Virus record (IMG/VR): IMGVR_UViG_3300029133_000263
Length of the DNA: 64,000 nucleotides
From: a virus
Direction: 5' to 3' (one strand)
Below the pieces are notes generated by a model, which worked only from the letters and a program-made list of their open reading frames with translations, ran no database searches and had not been told where the DNA came from. The translations under genes and the position numbers were made by a program. Within the stretch, counting starts at the first letter, position 1. Every line of letters begins with the position of its first letter. Below, in pieces: positions 18,721 to 27,386 of this stretch.

Positions 18721-19071
18721 ATGAACACCATTATGAACACCGCCGAATTCATCCGCGTTACCGACCTCCTGAAGAAGGAGAAAATTGCCAAAAATAGCGG
18801 CAACATATTTGCCGCTATGATGGCGATGCGCGAGAACCGCCCCGAAGCAATCTGCGCAGATGGCTTTAAGATGTCTATCCAGGCATCCGAAGACCACTAC
18901 TGCCAGAAGGACGACGAGGGGAGCTACGTGAGCGTAGAAGTCGGGTTCCCGTCTCCGTCCGAGCCATTGCTCGACGAATATGGTGATGACGGAGTGTACG
19001 GCTATGTGCCGCTCACTGTTGTCGATGCCATCATCGCCAAGCACGGTGGAATCCTGCTCGATGAGCAGTAA
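18721..19071 (+). CDS. small conserved protein, paralogue of 59189-59515
   Basis: shared motifs EAICADGF.MSIQAS..HYC ... YVP..VVDAI.AKHGGI in both copies. Confidence 0.55.
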   Translation: MNTIMNTAEFIRVTDLLKKEKIAKNSGNIFAAMMAMRENRPEAICADGFKMSIQASEDHYCQKDDEGSYVSVEVGFPSPSEPLLDEYGDDGVYGYVPLTVVDAIIAKHGGILLDEQ

Positions 19072-19220
19072 GCCACTCTATCCAATTCCAGCATGACATT
19101 CGGCTGCACGCCGTTTGTTCATATATGAAGCGGTTATCATTTCTCTTAATGAGAGCAAAAATGATAGCTGCTATTTTTATTTTACAAGCCTCGAAAATAC
19201 GAGGAGAAAGAGAGTTTGCT

Positions 19221-19919
19221 ATGAACACCAACACTATCACTATCAATTCCAAGAAAGCTATCCCCGGCATCAATGATGTGGCTACTAAGTGCCCTGCAGC
19301 AGCCAACATGTGGGGCAGCAAAAACGCTTGCTCTCCAAATGAGGTATCTGCAGGCAACAACAAAATGGCATGGTTTGTCTGCCCCGATTGCAAACAGGAG
19401 TTTAAGGCTCCCGTTTGCAACGTCGTCAATTCTTTGTTGCATGACAATACCGGTTGCCCTGTTTGTGCAGGTCGCAAAGCTGTTTTCGGCGTCAACGATT
19501 TGGCGACCATGTATCCAAAAGCCGCTGCTATGTGGAGCGGCAAGAACGATTACGCCCCCAGCGAAATTCCTGCTCGGTCGTCCAGACGCGCAATTTTTGC
19601 GTGCCCCGATTGCAAACAAGAGTTTGTGACAAGCGTCCACAACATGACGCGGGCTATTGCATCCGGTGTTACTTGCTGCCCCAATTGCAGAATGCGAGGA
19701 AATACTATCGGTGCGATTTACAAGGATGAGTATGGTTCGCCAAAATCTGTTGGCACTACGATGACGATGAAGGACGGCAGCAAAGCCACCTGCACCGCTT
19801 ATCATGGTGTCAACAACATCACCGTCGAGTTCGAAGACGGGTTCGTTCTGTACCATGCTCGCTGGAATCAGTTTATCCGTGGCGTTCTTCACCACGGTCA
19901 GAAAACCACTGAAGAATAA
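19221..19919 (+). CDS. zinc-ribbon repeat protein (three GxNDLAT...AAMWS...CPDCKxEF units)
   Basis: repeated CxxC-containing units; paralogue of the next gene; conserved 5' leader. Confidence 0.6.
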   Translation: MNTNTITINSKKAIPGINDVATKCPAAANMWGSKNACSPNEVSAGNNKMAWFVCPDCKQEFKAPVCNVVNSLLHDNTGCPVCAGRKAVFGVNDLATMYPKAAAMWSGKNDYAPSEIPARSSRRAIFACPDCKQEFVTSVHNMTRAIASGVTCCPNCRMRGNTIGAIYKDEYGSPKSVGTTMTMKDGSKATCTAYHGVNNITVEFEDGFVLYHARWNQFIRGVLHHGQKTTEE

Positions 19920-20048
19920 TAAAAAGCCATCTGATACGAAGTTGGCTTGTGAATGTGAATGTAGCAGCTATCATCTTCCTCCAGTAGGGGGATGGTCGCT
20001 GCTTTTTTATTACAAGCCTCGAATGTTACGAGGAGAAAGAGAAAAATT

Positions 20049-21608
20049 ATGAATGCTTTTATGAATGTTATGCACACCACCACCTGCAACTGCACTGCTT
20101 GCACGACTGTTCCGACTCTTGGCATTAAGATGCCGTATGAGGAAGAGGAAAAGAAAGCTACTAAAACTAGAAAGACTCGCCAAAAACTGATTGTTGGAGA
20201 AAACGATTTGGCTACGGTCGCTCCTGAAGTTGCCGCAATGCTGAGTGAGAAAGATAAGCACTTTGCTTTTGAAGTTACTGCTGGAAGCAACAGGAAACTT
20301 ACTTTTGTCTGCCCTGACTGCAAGAAAGAGTTTGAGGCTAAAATTTGCAGTGTCACAATAGCAGTTTGCCCATGTCCTTATTGCCGCAAAGTAAAAAAAG
20401 CGCGTCGCAATCCGAAACCTATTGTTGGAGTTAATGATTTGGCTTCGCAATGCCCGCAGGCTGTAGCAATGTGGAGTGAAAAGAATAAATGCTACCCAAC
20501 AGAAGTTTTCGCCCAAAGCACTAAGACTGCAATTTTCAATTGCCCAAAATGTAAGCACGAATTTGAGACGACTGTCACATCCTTTGTGAAAAGCATCAAA
20601 AAATCGAAAGGCAATACTACTGGCTGCCCTATCTGTAATGGGACTAAAGTTGTTGTTGGCTACAATGATTTAGCTACGACCTGCCCCCAAGTAGCTGCTA
20701 TGTTAAGCAAAAAAAACGCTGACTTTGCAACAAAGTACACTATGGGAAGCAATGCGGTTGCAAGTTTTACTTGTCCTGATTGCAAAAAAGAGTTTGAGGC
20801 TAAAATTTGCAAAGTCACAAATGTAGTTTACCCATGTCCTTATTGCCGCGATACGAAAATTCTCGCTAATCATATGGATTTGGAAACTTACTTAAAGAAA
20901 AATAATCGAGAGGATATTCTTAACTGTATTCGTCCAGATAGTCCGTATCAGGCAAGTGAAGTTTCTTATTCCAGCAACAAAACATTATTTCTTAATTGCC
21001 CTGAATGTGGTAATAAATGGGTGATTTCAGCCAATTATCTGACTGCACAAGGCATTAGTTATATGTGTGGTAATTGTAATCAAACGACAAATTTTATTTC
21101 CAAGCCAGAGCAGTATGCTGTTCGTATTGCAATGGGTTTTGCAAGGGAAAACGGAGTTCCAAATGCATTCGATGAAGTTCGTCACATTTTTGGCTATAAC
21201 AACAAATATGGTGTAGATTTTGTCGATAACACTCGCAAGGTTTGCATGGAGTACAATGGTGTATATTGGCATAAAGACAAAAAAAGAGTTGATTGCTATA
21301 AATTCATCAAAATCCATAATGCCGGATATACTTTTATTCGTATACTGGAACCGGGCTTAAAAGCTTTTGACAAAAAATATGACATTGTATTGCCAAAAAA
21401 CTACAAACACGGTAACGAGTATGAATCAAAAATCATGGAGGACCTTGGCTATAAGCTTATTTCTTTATTTGAGGAAATCTATAATTACAAGGCCACTCCT
21501 GAAATTCAAAAATTAGTCGATTTTAAAGAATTCGAAAAGTGGTACGATATTCATCGCAAAAGAATTTCTGCAAAAGCTACCGAAAACGCAGCAAAGAAAG
21601 CTGCCTGA
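20049..21608 (+). CDS. zinc-ribbon repeat protein with C-terminal Vsr/PD-(D/E)xK-like endonuclease-fold domain
   Basis: four zinc-ribbon units; C-terminal FDEV..FGYNNKYGVDFVD...EYNGVYWHKDKK..D resembles very-short-patch-repair-like endonuclease domains. Confidence 0.55.
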   Translation: MNAFMNVMHTTTCNCTACTTVPTLGIKMPYEEEEKKATKTRKTRQKLIVGENDLATVAPEVAAMLSEKDKHFAFEVTAGSNRKLTFVCPDCKKEFEAKICSVTIAVCPCPYCRKVKKARRNPKPIVGVNDLASQCPQAVAMWSEKNKCYPTEVFAQSTKTAIFNCPKCKHEFETTVTSFVKSIKKSKGNTTGCPICNGTKVVVGYNDLATTCPQVAAMLSKKNADFATKYTMGSNAVASFTCPDCKKEFEAKICKVTNVVYPCPYCRDTKILANHMDLETYLKKNNREDILNCIRPDSPYQASEVSYSSNKTLFLNCPECGNKWVISANYLTAQGISYMCGNCNQTTNFISKPEQYAVRIAMGFARENGVPNAFDEVRHIFGYNNKYGVDFVDNTRKVCMEYNGVYWHKDKKRVDCYKFIKIHNAGYTFIRILEPGLKAFDKKYDIVLPKNYKHGNEYESKIMEDLGYKLISLFEEIYNYKATPEIQKLVDFKEFEKWYDIHRKRISAKATENAAKKAA

Positions 21609-21663
21609 TAGATTACAAGACCTCTGACGTATCAGTCGTCTTTTTACATAGATAGCGTTTCCT

Positions 21664-21703
21664 GCCGTTCACCCATAACCGGGTGGGCGGCTTTTTCTTT
21701 TGC
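21664..21703 (+). terminator. intrinsic terminator
   Basis: GCCGTTCACCC..GGGTGGGCGGC followed by TTTTTCTTTT. Confidence 0.55.
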
Positions 21704-21832
21704 CAACTACTTGCCATACGTCAATTTCATGCATGAATTACAAAATAGTAACCGTTCCATACAACCGCTGGCGATAACTACCAGTTGTAGTGTATTTGAT
21801 TGGACTTCCAAATTCTATTTTAGTCGCACATA

Positions 21833-21861
21833 TTGCAACTTACGGTTGTATTTGCTATACT
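21833..21861 (+). promoter_or_regulatory. sigma-70-type promoter TTGCAA-N17-TATACT, followed by three phased ATAACAAC repeats (21863-21901)
   Basis: read directly. Confidence 0.5.
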
Positions 21862-21935
21862 AATAACAACCGATAACAACCAACGAAGCACAAATAACAA
21901 CTAATAGGTGTTACCGCGAACCGAGGAGGCCAATC

Positions 21936-23237
21936 ATGGCGAGCGAACGAGCGATACTTCACTGTGACATGAACTCTTTTTACGCAAGCTGCGAGGCGGC
22001 TTATAACCCAAAGCTGCAGGGTAAGCCGATTGCAGTATGTGGTGACCCGGAAAGGCGAAACGGCATTGTGTTGACTGCCTCGTATCCGGCCAAACGGATG
22101 GGCGTGAAAACCGGGATGGCACTCTGGGAAGCGCAGCAGCATTGCCGTGACATCATCTTTGTTCCGGCTCATTATGACCTATATACCAGGTACAGTGGGT
22201 ATACCAGAGAGATATTCCTCAGATACTCTGACATGGTCGAACCGTTTGGCTTGGATGAAGCATGGCTCGATTGTACCGCAAGCCGGTCTCTCTTTGGAAG
22301 CGGGGAAGAGATAGCCAAGAAAGTATCTGATACCGTGAAGAATGAACTGGGCATTACCTGTTCCATCGGAGTGAGCTGGAATAAAGTCTTTGCCAAGTTG
22401 GGGTCTGATTACAAGAAGCCAGATGCCACCACCGTTATATCAAGGTCAAACTGGAAAGATATTGTGTTCCCGCTGCCTGCCACGGACCTTCTGTATGTTG
22501 GGTCCAGAACGGGGAAAAAGTTATCAAGCTACTGTATCCATACAATCGGTGATTTGGCGACCGCCAATCCAAACTTTCTGAAAGAAAAATTCGGGAAAAT
22601 CGGCCCGATGCTTTGGGGATTCGCCAATGGCCTTGACACGGGAGCAGTGGCGAAATACGAGGGAAGGGAAGCTCAGGTACCTATCAAGAGCATCGGAAAC
22701 AGCTGGACAACGCCACGGGACTTGAAGACTAACCGGGATGTCTGGATTGTTATTTATCTGCTCGCGGAAAGTGTCGCTGCGCGGCTCAGAGAGAACCATT
22801 TCCGATGCCGAGGCGTAGAGGTGAGTCTCCGGGATTCCAGCCTTTTCTCTTTTGAGAGACAGTGCAAGCTCGGCCAGCCAACGATGCAGGAAAAGGATAT
22901 TGCGGAGGCAGCTTACCAGCTGTATAAGAAGAACTACCGGTGGAGTGAGCACCTACGCTCAGTTGGCGTGCGTGCCATTGACCTGCGGCCAGATACGGAA
23001 CCAAACCAGATATCTTTTGAGTACAGCGCCGAAAAGCAGGAAGAGACCGAGCGGCTTGAATCCGCGATTGACGGGATACGGAACCGGTTCGGATACTATT
23101 CCGTACAACGAGCCGTCATGTACAAAGACCGGTTTCTCTCTCATTGTGACGCCAAGGGAGACCACACCATACACCCACACGGGTATTTGCAGGGAAGCAC
23201 AGGGGAGCATCTAATCTATGTCAGAACCAAGAATTAA
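21936..23237 (+). CDS. Y-family (DinB/UmuC-like) translesion DNA polymerase
   Basis: N-terminal HCDMNSFYASCE signature; 433 aa. Confidence 0.9.
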   Translation: MASERAILHCDMNSFYASCEAAYNPKLQGKPIAVCGDPERRNGIVLTASYPAKRMGVKTGMALWEAQQHCRDIIFVPAHYDLYTRYSGYTREIFLRYSDMVEPFGLDEAWLDCTASRSLFGSGEEIAKKVSDTVKNELGITCSIGVSWNKVFAKLGSDYKKPDATTVISRSNWKDIVFPLPATDLLYVGSRTGKKLSSYCIHTIGDLATANPNFLKEKFGKIGPMLWGFANGLDTGAVAKYEGREAQVPIKSIGNSWTTPRDLKTNRDVWIVIYLLAESVAARLRENHFRCRGVEVSLRDSSLFSFERQCKLGQPTMQEKDIAEAAYQLYKKNYRWSEHLRSVGVRAIDLRPDTEPNQISFEYSAEKQEETERLESAIDGIRNRFGYYSVQRAVMYKDRFLSHCDAKGDHTIHPHGYLQGSTGEHLIYVRTKN

Positions 23238-23490
23238 GAAATATGTCGAGGTCATTGCCGATTTCTCTCCTGAAGGCATATTAACGCCTCAGACAGTCAT
23301 CTGGGACACGGGCCAGAGATTCGATATCACCTGCATCTCGGAAGTGTTGCCCCGGAAATACTCGAAAACTGGCGGAGTAGGAGTTCGCTATACCTGCCAG
23401 ATAGGAAGAGCCAAAACATATCTGTTCTTTGAGGAGGACAGGTGGTTCGTGGAAGCAAAGGAAAATGCTGCAGCCGGAGACCCCTGCTAA
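23218..23490 (+). CDS. YolD-like protein (accessory to Y-family polymerases in Firmicutes)
   Basis: ~90 aa; overlaps the polymerase gene; family resemblance. Confidence 0.6.
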   Translation: MSEPRIKKYVEVIADFSPEGILTPQTVIWDTGQRFDITCISEVLPRKYSKTGGVGVRYTCQIGRAKTYLFFEEDRWFVEAKENAAAGDPC

Positions 23491-23876
23491 AAATCGAAGA
23501 AATAATCGCCCGTCAAGACTCCACCAACTTCCATGGTCGAGTTTGGGTCGGGCTTGCAACCAGATTTGCAGCAGAATGACTCCATTTCGGGCGTCAACAC
23601 AGATTGGATAATAATGCGGTGTACGCCGTTTTCTTCGCAGATTTTCTTTAAGGCAAAAAGTATCGCTGTCATCGTACCACAACGTTTGTGAGCAAACTCA
23701 ACGCGAGAAAGAACCAATGCAAAATTTCCAAGGAAAGCAACACGCAGCTCATTTTCCCCGTCGCTAGAAGTAATCCAAATAGTACGCATACTGTTGGAAA
23801 CACTGCAATGACAGTCTTGCTTGCTCTCGATAGTATCTACAAGTTGTTGTATTTGCTCTTTCGTAAGCTCAAGCAT
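23487..23876 (-). CDS. hypothetical protein, possibly GNAT-like
   Basis: GGAGG RBS and TGGTATAAT extended -10 upstream on the minus strand; weak GNAT-like motif. Confidence 0.4.
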   Translation of the reverse strand: MLELTKEQIQQLVDTIESKQDCHCSVSNSMRTIWITSSDGENELRVAFLGNFALVLSRVEFAHKRCGTMTAILFALKKICEENGVHRIIIQSVLTPEMESFCCKSGCKPDPNSTMEVGGVLTGDYFFDF

Positions 23877-23971
23877 ACCTAAAGCCTCCATCATTTTTTG
23901 GTTGTAAAAATTATACCACAAACAGTGTCAAGCAGACGAAGTGATTTTGCAACGAAAGGAGAAGAAACAAG

Positions 23972-24502
23972 GTGAATAGCAAATACCGAGAGCAAACCTG
24001 CTGCTTTGTTGGGCACAAGGATATCCCACCGGGCGAGCAGCTCAAAATATTGGCCAGGGTGGAACACCGGCTTATTCCACTTATCCAGCAGGGAGTCACT
24101 TACTTTGGTATCGGCGGTTCTTTAGGTTTTGATACTCTTATGGCGGATATGCTGGTTTCGTTGAAAGCAGCACATCCCCGAATTCGCGTTATTGAGGTTT
24201 TGCCTTTTGAGGGATACCGTTCTAAATGGAGCTTAGAACAGCAGCGGCATGCCGAGAAAATAGACAAGCAGGTAGACAAAATAGTATATGCTGCGAAAGA
24301 ACCAGGCAGGGGAGTATACCTTCTAAGAGACCGACATCTAGTCGATTACTCTGCTTATTGTATCTCCTATTGCACAAGGACTACCGGCGGCACGGCATAT
24401 ACGGTGAAATACGCTCTGGAACACGGCATAACGGTGTACAACGCCTCCAGTTTCGATGTGAGCGCCTTGCTTCAGGCCCGACCGCTTGCGAAGAACGGAT
24501 GA
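23972..24502 (+). CDS. DUF1273/YpsA-like SLOG-family protein
   Basis: N-terminal CFVGHKDIP motif and overall SLOG-like pattern; GTG start with AAAGGAGA RBS. Confidence 0.55.
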   Translation: MNSKYREQTCCFVGHKDIPPGEQLKILARVEHRLIPLIQQGVTYFGIGGSLGFDTLMADMLVSLKAAHPRIRVIEVLPFEGYRSKWSLEQQRHAEKIDKQVDKIVYAAKEPGRGVYLLRDRHLVDYSAYCISYCTRTTGGTAYTVKYALEHGITVYNASSFDVSALLQARPLAKNG

Positions 24503-24745
24503 AAAAGCGCCCTTGCACAAAACATGAGGGAGATTTCCGGGCGTTTGGAGAAATACCCATAGGACTTTGAGCTTTGCTGCACAAAAACAAGCCTCCGCTC
24601 TTTGGCGGGGGCTCTTCTTGTATTCTCAAAAACGTTGAATTTAATTTCACTGAATTCCGATTCAGCATTATTTGGCGTGGCTCAGCTTGGCCCGACAGCA
24701 CGATACCATGGCGGCCGAACACAATGATTCTCCAGAACGGAATTC

Positions 24746-24773
24746 TCGACATTCGGTGCGAATCGTATATAAT
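24746..24773 (+). promoter_or_regulatory. family promoter (TCGACA-N16-TATAAT, spacer TTCGGTGCGAATCGTA)
   Basis: read directly. Confidence 0.55.
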
Positions 24774-24846
24774 CTAAATAATAAAACAGTATAGGAATAT
24801 AGCTAAGCCGCCAAGCGAGTGAAATCGTTTGGTGGCTTTTCTTTTT
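24774..24846 (+). ncRNA. short promoter-proximal transcript ending in an intrinsic terminator (AGCCGCCAA..TTGGTGGCT + T-run)
   Basis: no ORF; promoter + hairpin + T-run. Confidence 0.4.
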
Positions 24847-24869
24847 GCTACGGAAAAGTAGACATTGTA

Positions 24870-24950
24870 CTTGTCATGAGCTTGTTGCATACTTGCTACG
24901 AACTTGCTAAAAACTTGCTAAGCACTTGCTACGCTTCACCTCGAAGCAAG
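24870..24950 (+). repeat. six tandem 11-bp iterons CTTG(T/C)(T/C)A.... plus one inverted copy (GCAAGTT at 24944-24950)
   Basis: cttgtcatgag / cttgttgcata / cttgctacgaa / cttgctaaaaa / cttgctaagca / cttgctacgct. Confidence 0.7.
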
Positions 24951-25452
24951 TTCATTTTTTTTGCGCGAAAGAATATCGGATAAGTGACGCTTCTTACTCG
25001 TATGACCGAGAGAAAACATGCAAAGACTCTACCATTCTGGTAGGGCTTTTTTGCTGCCCAAAAAGTTGGAAAAATGTCGCAAGCGAGCCGCTGAAACCTC
25101 GGAATTTTGTCGCAGCCTTTCCGAATATGAGATGTATCTCACAAAAGCGAAATGCGCTGCTTCGTATCTGTGGTGAGACAATCGGAACAGGCAAATAGCA
25201 AAATCTCAGCTGCCGCAAATGCTGTCAAGTTCAAATCACAACTCCCAAAAGTTTCGTTTGGGAAAGCCTGCATTAAAAGTTTCGTTCTGGAAAATGCAGA
25301 GGGGAAAGGAAAATGTCGAAGCATATATGCACTGATTTTCTTCTTGCTATTTGTGCAATCCGCTCAAATTGGCGATAAATATTCCCAAAATAAATAAGTC
25401 AAAGTGCTTTTGGTGTATAATGGCTCTGACAAACAGAAAAAAGGAGAACACT

Positions 25453-26535
25453 ATGAAAAAGGTTGTATCATTAGCACTTTCGACTTTGCTCGTCCTCTCG
25501 TTGGCTGCCTGCGGCAAGGCGAATAGTTCCGCTGCAACAGCCGCAAGTGAATCCAAGTCAAGTGCTTCGTCAAATAGCACTTCCAATAGCACGCAAGATT
25601 ACAGCCCTGACGGGATTAAAGTAGGAGAGACATATACTACAGAAGACGGCAAAACATATGAAAGGGTGTGGAACGGCACAGGCAGCGATTTACCTACGCC
25701 GTCCCCCGAACCCAAAATTACATACGATAATGATTTCCAGGCACAGACACTTGTTGATAATGAAGAATGCACCATTATCTTGCAGAGCGTAGGCTACGAT
25801 GATGATTACGGCTATTATTGGAAGCTTTACTTCAAGAATAAGACATCAGATAAAAAACTCGGTTACTCGTTTGGCGACTGCACATTGAATGGCGTGGGTG
25901 CGAGCCTTTGGCTTACGAGTGTTGAACCTGGTCAAGAGGAAACGGAGATTCATCATTGGGAAAGTTCCGGGCTTAAAATTTATAACATCAATCCGCAGGA
26001 TATCAATACGGTAAGTTTTTATCTCGATGTCTATAACGAATTAGATTATGATGTTATCCCACGGCATGACTTTGTTGATGACGATTTCGTGGTTTATCCA
26101 AAAGGGGAAGAAAACGCAACCGAGCCAAAGCATGAAACCCAACCCACAGACCTCGTACTGGCCGACAATGACGCTTGCACTCTGATGATTTGTGGATTTG
26201 ACCCCGATGGCCTGCACGGTTATACGACCAAAGCTTACATAGAAAACAAGACGGATAAAGAAATCATGTTTGCCTTTAGAAGCGGAGGCTCTATAAACGG
26301 TTTTGAGTGCTTCCCTGAAACAGATACAATGGGAATTGATGCGCACACTAATGCCTATGTAGACATCTACTATTACGATTATTTAGATACTTATGAGGCC
26401 AACGGTAAAGACCCCACCTCTGTCACCGAAATGGTGATGCCAATCGTTATAAACAATTCCAGCACTCGGGACATCTATGTAGATGAGACTTTCACTATTA
26501 ACCCTCAGACAAATTCCGTGACAACATCGGAATAA
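25453..26535 (+). CDS. lipoprotein with two tandem copies of a ~130-aa domain
   Basis: signal peptide + lipobox LAAC; internal repeat (…NDACT.MICGFD…GF.C.PE…NAY.DI.). Confidence 0.6.
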   Translation: MKKVVSLALSTLLVLSLAACGKANSSAATAASESKSSASSNSTSNSTQDYSPDGIKVGETYTTEDGKTYERVWNGTGSDLPTPSPEPKITYDNDFQAQTLVDNEECTIILQSVGYDDDYGYYWKLYFKNKTSDKKLGYSFGDCTLNGVGASLWLTSVEPGQEETEIHHWESSGLKIYNINPQDINTVSFYLDVYNELDYDVIPRHDFVDDDFVVYPKGEENATEPKHETQPTDLVLADNDACTLMICGFDPDGLHGYTTKAYIENKTDKEIMFAFRSGGSINGFECFPETDTMGIDAHTNAYVDIYYYDYLDTYEANGKDPTSVTEMVMPIVINNSSTRDIYVDETFTINPQTNSVTTSE

Positions 26536-26749
26536 TTTGACGCCCTCCTGCGATTAAAATTATTAACTTTCCCGGGCTTCGTTTGCAACTTTGTAAATAA
26601 AGGTTTCGTTCTGGAAAACACGGTGGAAAATTGACACCTCCCACGATTGAAATCGTGGGATTCCTGGGCGGCGCGGCAAGGTTCATCGCCAAATCGTGTC
26701 TGAAACAGCGAGTTATGCGGTTTCCCATCATACGCTACGGGTGTAGCGC

Positions 26750-27217
26750 ATGACGAGCATCCAGCCAAAATATCCGAAAGGTGAAGAGAAAGCGACAAAA
26801 CCAAAACACGAGATTCAGCCCACGGATATTGTGCTGTTCGACAATAATGCCTGCAGCATGGTCGTTTGCGGATTTTATTCTGATAGTTTCATGGGCTATA
26901 CGGCAAAAGCCTACTACGAAAACAAAACCAACGACCGTATCGATGTCATTCTGGACAAAGGCTCTATCAATGGTTTTGAGTGTACCCCGGAAGGGACAAC
27001 GCTGCTGGAACCACATTCTAACGCCTATATTGATATTCGTTGGCAGGAATATGCCGAAACCTACGCAGAAAATGGCAATGACCCAACATCCATCACAAAA
27101 ATTGTAATGCCAGTTTTTGTGAGAAAAGACACAGGGAGCAATACGGTATACATTGACGCCACTTATTCCATTGACCCGCAGGCAAGAACTGCAACGCCGA
27201 TAGTGAACCCCCAATGA
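26750..27217 (+). pseudogene. truncated paralogue of the lipoprotein repeat domain (no signal peptide, starts inside the domain)
   Basis: sequence parallels the second repeat of the 25453 gene. Confidence 0.4.
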
Positions 27218-27349
27218 TAGTCGCATGATTTTCCGAAACCAAAAACTACTGGAAAAGCAGCAAAATTTTTCTGAGTTCAGAAAACTTTTGGTACTTTGGG
27301 GAAAAGTTTTCTGGAATGGGAAAACTCTCCGACTTTTTGGAATAAAAAA

Positions 27350-27386
27350 ATAAAAGCGCTCACCATTTTTCGGTGGGCGCTTTTCT
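27350..27386. terminator. bidirectional intrinsic terminator
   Basis: GCGCTCACC..GGTGGGCGC stem with T-runs on both strands. Confidence 0.6.

Noticed and set aside
21700-21935. LexA (Cheo) SOS box upstream of the Y-family polymerase
   Set aside because: No CGAAC-N4-GTTCG-like dyad was found by eye. Only the ATAACAAC direct repeats are present.
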